From: Ktedonobacterales bacterium
GTDB lineage: Bacteria; Chloroflexota; Ktedonobacteria; Ktedonobacterales; JADMIN01
Direction: 5' to 3'
NCBI GenBank assembly: GCA_030167145.1
Contig: CP126532.1
Span: 2,460,001-2,492,000, forward strand
DNA length: 32,000 nt
Shown: positions 24,277-29,395 of the stretch, one piece after another
Layout of the letters: each line of letters opens with the position of its first letter
Numbering within the stretch: position 1 is the first letter of the stretch
Notes under the pieces: generated by a model
Database searches by the model: none
Seen by the model: the letters and a program-made list of their open reading frames with translations, nothing else
What the model was told of the DNA's origin: nothing
Made by a program: the position numbers and the translations under genes

Positions 24277-24321
24277 TTGACAGGGCCACTTCCCTTCGCT
24301 ATTATCTCAATATCCATTGAG
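24277..24321 (+). promoter_or_regulatory. Near-consensus promoter TTGACA-17-TATTAT followed immediately by the palindrome CTCAAT-ATCC-ATTGAG (candidate ArsR operator)
   Basis: -35 is at 24277-24282, -10 at 24300-24305, and the palindrome at 24306-24321 covers the predicted +1. The arsR start lies at 24354. Confidence 0.55.
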
Positions 24322-24353
24322 CTATATGGCGCGTTCAGGCGCGGGGGGCTTTG

Positions 24354-24773
24354 ATGGCACAGACGAACTCGACGCCAACCAAAGACACGCAGGCACTCGA
24401 CGCAACGCGGATCACGGCGCTGCTCAAGGCGCTGGCGGACCCGACGCGGCTGCGGCTGTATCTGCTGCTGCGGCGGGGCGAGGCATGTGTCTGCGAACTG
24501 GCAGCGGAGCTAGAGCTTGCGGAGAATCTGGTTTCACACCACCTTGGCGTCCTTCGACGGCTAGGGCTGGTACGCGACCGCCGCGATACCGCAGATGCGC
24601 GCTGGGTCTACTACACACTCGACACAGGCACACTTCGCCAGTTGGCCGCCGAGCTAGGTCTGCTCTTCAATCCCGACACCATCGGCACGCGCACCCCTAC
24701 GTGTGGGCCAGCGGCGCTGCTGACACCTCAACGCGCGACACCTCGCCAGCGCGCTTCCGATTCATCCCGCTAA
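24354..24773 (+). CDS. arsR: ArsR/SmtB-family As(III)-responsive repressor
   Basis: LLKALADPTRLRLYLLL, the metal site EACVCELAAEL (CVC motif), LVSHHLGVLRRLGLV, WVYYTL. ATG 24354 (TTG 24351 in the track). Confidence 0.9.
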   Translation: MAQTNSTPTKDTQALDATRITALLKALADPTRLRLYLLLRRGEACVCELAAELELAENLVSHHLGVLRRLGLVRDRRDTADARWVYYTLDTGTLRQLAAELGLLFNPDTIGTRTPTCGPAALLTPQRATPRQRASDSSR

Positions 24774-24803
24774 TCGCGCCCACCACGGCCATAGGAGCGT
24801 CAT

Positions 24804-24872
24804 ATGTTCGCAAATATCTCAACGGACATTGAGGCAATAAAGATCGAGCCATCAGAGCGCGACGAACGGTAA
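24804..24872 (+). CDS. Candidate 22-codon leader sORF (MFANISTDIEAIKIEPSERDER)
   Basis: SD AGGAG lies 6 nt upstream of ATG 24804. The TAA (24870-24872) shares its last base with ATG 24872, the first in-frame ATG of the aquaporin ORF (TAATG). G+C is locally lower. No homology is assessable. Confidence 0.3.
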   Translation: MFANISTDIEAIKIEPSERDER

Positions 24873-25696
24873 TGCGCGGCCAGTCGCATATGGAGAACAT
24901 CGGTATGGCAGTGCAGCCACCAGCAATCCAGCGAGACGAAGAACAGCAAGAACCCACATCCGTGCATGCGAGGGGCGAGACGCGCCCTGCACGTACTCCA
25001 GCGGCGTTGGCCGCGTGTGTCGCCGAGTTCATCGGCACGTTCGCACTGGTCTTCGCTGGCTGCGGCGCGATCATGGTGGATCATCTCTCCGGCGGACAGG
25101 TCACGCATGTCGGCGTCGGCCTCGTCTTTGGCCTGGTCATCGCCGCAATGATCTACGCGACCGGCCACATAAGTGGCGCGCATCTCAATCCCGCAGTGAC
25201 GCTCGGATTCGTGCTCGCGCGGCACTTTCCGGCGAGGAGGCTAGCAGGCTACTGGCTGGCGCAGATCGGCGGGGCGGTCGCGGCGGCGCTGGCGCTGCGC
25301 CTGTTGCTGGGGAATGTGGCGCGTCTCGGCGCAACACTGCCAGCGGGCAGCGGTGGCGCCTGGCAATCGTTCTGGATGGAGGCGCTACTGACCTTCTTCT
25401 TGATGTTTGTAATTATGGCCGTCGCGACCGACACCCGCGCCGTAGGGCAGGCAGCGGCGCTCGCTATCGGCGCCACGGTGGGGCTAGAGGCGATCTTCGC
25501 TGGGCCGATCAGTGGCGCTTCGATGAACCCCGCGCGCTCGCTAGGTCCGGCCTTGGTGGGTACGATGTGGACGGCACAATGGGTCTATCTGTTCGCACCA
25601 TTGCTCGGCGCGAGCGTGGCTGCACTGCTCTACCGCTGGCTGCGTGATGCCAGCAGCGGCACGAACACGACGGAACGCGAGGAGGATGCCCTATGA
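24872..25696 (+). CDS. MIP-family channel (aquaglyceroporin, AqpS/NIP-like arsenite channel by context)
   Basis: Two NPA boxes (HLNPAVT, SMNPARS) and six TM spans. It lies between arsR and arsC. Start candidates are ATG 24872 (coupled to the sORF), ATG 24890 and ATG 24905 (GGAGAA 8 nt upstream). Confidence 0.9.
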   Translation: MRGQSHMENIGMAVQPPAIQRDEEQQEPTSVHARGETRPARTPAALAACVAEFIGTFALVFAGCGAIMVDHLSGGQVTHVGVGLVFGLVIAAMIYATGHISGAHLNPAVTLGFVLARHFPARRLAGYWLAQIGGAVAAALALRLLLGNVARLGATLPAGSGGAWQSFWMEALLTFFLMFVIMAVATDTRAVGQAAALAIGATVGLEAIFAGPISGASMNPARSLGPALVGTMWTAQWVYLFAPLLGASVAALLYRWLRDASSGTNTTEREEDAL

Positions 25697-26154
25697 CCAA
25701 CGAACCAACCACTTCAGCACCCATCCGCGTGCTCTTCCTCTGCACGCACAACTCCTCGCGGTCGCAGATGGCCGAGGGGCTGCTGCGTGCGCGCGGCGGT
25801 CCGCGCTATCGCGTCTTCAGCGCGGGAACACATCCACGCGCCGTGCATCCGCTGGCGGTGCGGGCCATGGCCGAGATCGGCATAGACATCAGCGAGGCGG
25901 CGGGCCACCGCGCGAAAAGCCTGGACGAATTCGCGAGCCAGCCGCCGCTGGATCTGGCTGTCACCGTCTGCGACGATGCGGCGGAGGAATGCCCATTCTT
26001 CCCCGGCGCGCGGCGGCAGGTCCACTGGGGCTTCCCCGATCCAAGCGCGGCCACCGGCACGGAAGAGCAACGGCTGATAGTCTTCCGCGCCGTGCGCGAC
26101 GCCATCGCCGCCCGCATTGACGCCTTCCTGCGCGAACATCCATCCCCCGCGTAG
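25693..26154 (+). CDS. arsC: Arsenate reductase, LMW-PTPase (thioredoxin-coupled) type
   Basis: ATG overlaps the channel gene stop (ATGA), with SD GGAGGA upstream. P-loop LCTHNSSRSQMAEG (CX5R). The downstream Cys pair VCDDAAEEC matches the Cys82/Cys89 pattern of the pI258/Bacillus enzymes. Confidence 0.92.
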   Translation: MTNEPTTSAPIRVLFLCTHNSSRSQMAEGLLRARGGPRYRVFSAGTHPRAVHPLAVRAMAEIGIDISEAAGHRAKSLDEFASQPPLDLAVTVCDDAAEECPFFPGARRQVHWGFPDPSAATGTEEQRLIVFRAVRDAIAARIDAFLREHPSPA

Positions 26155-26315
26155 GGACATGCGAAGTACACCCCGCGTTCCAGCCCAATCGCTTGACGGC
26201 CAGTGGCGGGCTGGCTGCTCTCAGCGCTCACACCCGCCAGCGCCCTGCCCTACCTCGGCCTGCTAAAATAGCGATGTGTGTCTATGTTACACCTGCGAAT
26301 GAGGAGCATACGTGT

Positions 26316-26792
26316 ATGGAAGGAACAATTCGCCCGGCGGTGAAAGACGACGTGCCAGCCATCGCCGCGCTGGCTGATGCGCGCCGTCAGCAATATCAGC
26401 GCTATCAGCCGCGCTTCTGGCGTCCAGCGGCGGATGCGCGCGAGCGCCACGAGCCATTCCTCGAACAGCTAGTGACGGGCGACCGCGCCATCGTCCTCGT
26501 GCATGAGCGCGACCATACGGTTGACGGCTTTGTGATCGCGCAGATCGTGCCCACCCCACCGGTCTACGATGCCGGTGGCCCCACCTGTAGCATAGACGAC
26601 TTCTGGATCGCTGCGGATGCCGGCTGGTTAGTTGCGGGCCGCGCGCTGCTCGAAGCAGCGATGACTGAAGCCAGGACGCAGGGCGCGATGCAGACTGTCG
26701 TCGTCTGCGCCTATCTGGATGAACCGAAGCGCGCGATGCTCGCCGAGATTGGCTATACCCCCGCCTCCATCTGGTACGTGCGGGACAATTAA
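26316..26792 (+). CDS. GNAT-family N-acetyltransferase
   Basis: ATG 26316 (SD GAGGAG 9 nt upstream). IRPAVKDDVPAIAAL N-terminus and an acetyl-CoA-binding-like segment AGRALLEAAMTEARTQGA. 158 aa. Confidence 0.78.
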   Translation: MEGTIRPAVKDDVPAIAALADARRQQYQRYQPRFWRPAADARERHEPFLEQLVTGDRAIVLVHERDHTVDGFVIAQIVPTPPVYDAGGPTCSIDDFWIAADAGWLVAGRALLEAAMTEARTQGAMQTVVVCAYLDEPKRAMLAEIGYTPASIWYVRDN

Positions 26793-26922
26793 GTGGGTGG
26801 CCGTTGACTCTTTAGCAACTTCCGAGGACACATCGCATTGCATGCCAGACCCATCCTTGCCCGACTGACTGCAATGTTTTAGAGGCTACTCTCTTAACCG
26901 TGACGCTTCTTTGCAGGGAGGC

Positions 26923-26951
26923 TTGACATTTAAATGCGAGGCAGCTATAGT
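26923..26951 (+). promoter_or_regulatory. Near-consensus sigma70-type promoter TTGACA-17-TATAGT upstream of the 30-bp repeat array
   Basis: -35 TTGACA is at 26923-26928, followed by an exact 17-nt spacer and -10 TATAGT at 26946-26951. The predicted TSS near 26958 is about 22 nt before the first repeat. Confidence 0.55.
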
Positions 26952-26979
26952 TTGCTATGTGGCTGCCAGTTAGTTGAGC

Positions 26980-27135
26980 GTTGTCCTCTCATGCCGCCCG
27001 TGGACGGGCGTTGTCCTCTCATGCCGCCCGTGGACGGGCGTTGTCCTCTCATGCCGCCCGTGGACGGGCGTTGTCCTCTCATGCCGCCCGTGGACGGGCG
27101 TTGTCCTCTCATGCCGCCCGTGGACGGGCGTTGTC
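26980..27135 (+). repeat. Perfect tandem array: 5 full copies plus a 6-nt partial of the 30-bp unit GTTGTCCTCTCATGCCGCCCGTGGACGGGC
   Basis: Units at 26980, 27010, 27040, 27070 and 27100 are 100% identical, and GTTGTC repeats at 27130-27135. Each unit contains the palindrome CGCCCG-TGGA-CGGGCG (the closing G is shared with the next unit). There are no spacers. Confidence 0.97.
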
Positions 27136-27149
27136 AAAGGAGCAGTTGG

Positions 27150-27923
27150 TTGAAGAGAAGGTTTTACTGGGCATTGGCCATTATCAATGCGATGGCCATC
27201 GTTGGGATGACATTTATTCAGGGTAGCATAGCATCGGCCGCTCCGCGATCCCAGGTGTCCTCTCCAATCGTCATTGTGGCTCGTGATACTACTGCCGCAT
27301 CCCATTGTGTTACCATGCGTACCGTAACCTTTCATGGACACACTGTGACACGTACAACCGCACCATGCTTGCCAGGCACGGTTGTCTCGGCAATTCGGGT
27401 TCCTCTTACTGAGGCAATAGCGCGACACGAAATGTACGCCATCTTACCTGCAGCATCAAGTTCGCAGACAGAGAAGGCGCAGATTGAAGCGCGTGTTGGC
27501 ATACTCCTGGCAAATGTTCGCCTAGCAGCACAACAAAGCGCCCACCGAGAAGCTCCGCAGCCTGAACTTGCGTGCGGCAGCACAGGAACAGTATCTGTTT
27601 ACTGGACCCCCAGTTGGGATGCGTCAACTGAGTTCCTTTCGTATACTACGTACCTTCACACGTCGGATTGTAAGTACGCTTACATCGAAGAAACCGACAT
27701 TGAGGAGTACATATATCACATACGCGGGTACTGGCTGAACGCAAAATACGGCGGAAACACCTGGAACTTTGGATGCTCTATAAATCCAGTAGAGGATCCG
27801 CCGGGCGACGTATACTACATTGACCACAATGAAACGCTGGGCTATTACATGGTGCAGACGGTTGCCAATGGGTGTGGACTTGGAAACTCCACAGATACCG
27901 TCAGCATGGGGCCTCTGAATTGA
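27150..27923 (+). CDS. Orphan secreted Cys-containing protein (hypothetical); the ORF is also open upstream to ATG 26934 through the repeat array
   Basis: TTG 27150 has SD AAAGGAG (27136-27142) 7 nt upstream. It opens a textbook Sec signal peptide, KRRFYWALAIINAMAIVGMTFIQGSIASA-AP. The mature part has six Cys. G+C is visibly lower than the flanks. The alternative start ATG 26934 (GGAGG 13 nt upstream) would add (CPLMPPVDGR)x5. Confidence 0.68.
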   Translation: MKRRFYWALAIINAMAIVGMTFIQGSIASAAPRSQVSSPIVIVARDTTAASHCVTMRTVTFHGHTVTRTTAPCLPGTVVSAIRVPLTEAIARHEMYAILPAASSSQTEKAQIEARVGILLANVRLAAQQSAHREAPQPELACGSTGTVSVYWTPSWDASTEFLSYTTYLHTSDCKYAYIEETDIEEYIYHIRGYWLNAKYGGNTWNFGCSINPVEDPPGDVYYIDHNETLGYYMVQTVANGCGLGNSTDTVSMGPLN

Positions 27924-28060
27924 TCTTCCGTGGGCTAGTGATGGAAACGCACTGACCCATTGTTTGATGGATGCGTTCTTCTACAACCGGCAGCCAGAGT
28001 CATTGCTTGCATCTTCGGTTGACACAAATGGTGTCAGTTGTTAGGCCAAGGGAGAAACCG

Positions 28061-28498
28061 ATGGACCGAACCGTGTTGAGCATCAACCTGAATGCACGCA
28101 CTACCCTTCGATTGGCAGAGCTTGTAATGGGCTTGGCTGCTGCCGTCGTCGGCTTAACCGCGCTCTACAACCTGCTCTTTGGGCCAACGTTTGTCATCGT
28201 GCGGCAGACGGGCAGGGTTCCGGGCAGCTTGTTTGACGAACTCCACAACACCGGAACGTTTCCGGCCCTGCTGGTGGGGTTCGGTATCGTGTTCGCCGTC
28301 ATCGCCATCAGCGCGCTCGCACACACGGCGAGCGGGCGCAACGCCAGCCGCATCGTGCTCTGGCTGGCGACGCTGACCCTCGTCGCCCTCACTGCTATTT
28401 GGTATTTCGATGCGGGACTGTTCTTCGTGCCCGGCGCGGCGCTCGCATTGGCAGCCTGCGTCCTCTCGTTAACCTGGAAGCGCGCCGCCTCGCGGTAG
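28061..28498 (+). CDS. Small 4-TM membrane protein (hypothetical); distant paralogue of 9191-9625
   Basis: ATG 28061 has SD GGGAGA upstream. Four hydrophobic spans. The ALAHTASGRNASRIVLWL and FFVPGAALALAACVLS blocks parallel the 9191 protein. Confidence 0.68.
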   Translation: MDRTVLSINLNARTTLRLAELVMGLAAAVVGLTALYNLLFGPTFVIVRQTGRVPGSLFDELHNTGTFPALLVGFGIVFAVIAISALAHTASGRNASRIVLWLATLTLVALTAIWYFDAGLFFVPGAALALAACVLSLTWKRAASR

Positions 28499-28503
28499 CA
28501 CAC

Positions 28504-28548
28504 TGCGCATGGTGCGCATGGTGGGCATGGCGGGCATGGCGGGCATAC
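28504..28548. repeat. 9-bp microsatellite-like repeat, 5 copies (TGCGCATGG x2, TGGGCATGG, CGGGCATGG, CGGGCATAC)
   Basis: Read directly in the 87-bp gap between convergent genes. The last unit forms the 5' arm of the hairpin GCGGGCAT (28539-28546) / ATGCCCGC (28568-28575). Confidence 0.85.
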
Positions 28549-28585
28549 CTTCCGAAAGGCGAAAGACATGCCCGCTTCCCATACC

Positions 28586-29389
28586 TCAGCCGAGCGTGAA
28601 CCGATGCACCGCCACGCGCGCCATATCGCCATCGGGCGGCCAGGCGCGCTCGTAGATCGTCGTATCATCGCGCCAGCCAGCGGCGTGCGCGGCGGCCACG
28701 AAGGCCAGCGACACGCGCCGCCCCGGCTCCGCCAGCCAGAATTGCCCGCCCCGCGCGAGGATGCACGGCGCCAACGCCAGCAGCGGCTCCAAATTCTCCT
28801 GCTCATACAGCACGTCGGCGGCGAGCAGCAGCGCGACCGGCCCCGCCTGCGCGCAGGCGGCGCGTCCCGCCTCGGTCCGCCAGTCCACCAGCAGCGTGCG
28901 CGGCGCACGGGCGGTATTCCGCAGCGTGTTATAGCGCGTGAAGAGCAGCGCCTCGGCAAAGCAGTCGGCAGCCCAGAGATCGGCCCCAACTTCCAGCGCC
29001 GCCGCCGCCGTCACCCCCAGCCCGCAGCCCAATTCCAGCACGCGCCCTCTCCGCGCCGCATCAGGTTGCAGCAGCAGCGCCTCCGCCAGCGCCAGCCCAC
29101 TCGGCCACAGCAGCCCCCAGTACGGCATGTGAACTCCCGCCGCCACCATCGCCCGCGCCTGCGCAGCGGCATCTGTGGCTGTATGTTCGCCAGCCACCCC
29201 CGCGGATGTGGGCGCATGAGCGACGAAAGCGTCGAGCGGGGCATCAGGATTGGCGGGGAGCGCGATGCGATAGGGATGCGACGCGCCAGGGAAGCTCAAG
29301 TCCAGGTCGCGCAGCGCATAGACCTGGCGCATGCGCTGGCGCAGCGACGCCAGGGCAGGTATGCTGTCGGTGGGCAAAGTATCGGACAT
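28586..29389 (-). CDS. Class I SAM-dependent methyltransferase (protein-lysine MTase / Methyltransf_16-like)
   Basis: PYWGLLWPSGLALAEAL followed by motif I VLELGCGLGVTAAAA, then LLLAADVLYE. The start lies 6 nt after the kinase stop, so the two are probably co-transcribed. Confidence 0.82.
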   Translation of the reverse strand: MSDTLPTDSIPALASLRQRMRQVYALRDLDLSFPGASHPYRIALPANPDAPLDAFVAHAPTSAGVAGEHTATDAAAQARAMVAAGVHMPYWGLLWPSGLALAEALLLQPDAARRGRVLELGCGLGVTAAAALEVGADLWAADCFAEALLFTRYNTLRNTARAPRTLLVDWRTEAGRAACAQAGPVALLLAADVLYEQENLEPLLALAPCILARGGQFWLAEPGRRVSLAFVAAAHAAGWRDDTTIYERAWPPDGDMARVAVHRFTLG

Positions 29390-29395
29390 ATGTGC

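Noticed and set aside
26980-27135. The 30-bp repeat array as a CRISPR array
   Set aside because: The repeats are contiguous with no spacers, and no cas genes lie nearby. Unit length and an internal palindrome alone are not sufficient.
26934-27149. ATG 26934 as the true start of the secreted-protein gene, making the repeats coding (CPLMPPVDGR x5)
   Set aside because: This is only tentatively rejected and is kept as an alternative in the main finding. ATG 26934 lies inside the spacer of the best promoter. All six frames of the repeat are open, so openness is uninformative. A well-spaced AAAGGAG plus TTG sits exactly at the n-region of a classical N-terminal signal peptide.
28165-28989. 274-aa minus-strand ORF containing PPCPPCPPCAPC
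   Set aside because: The Cys-Pro repeat is just the translation of the 9-bp intergenic microsatellite. The ORF runs antisense through the 4-TM gene and out of frame through the methyltransferase gene.
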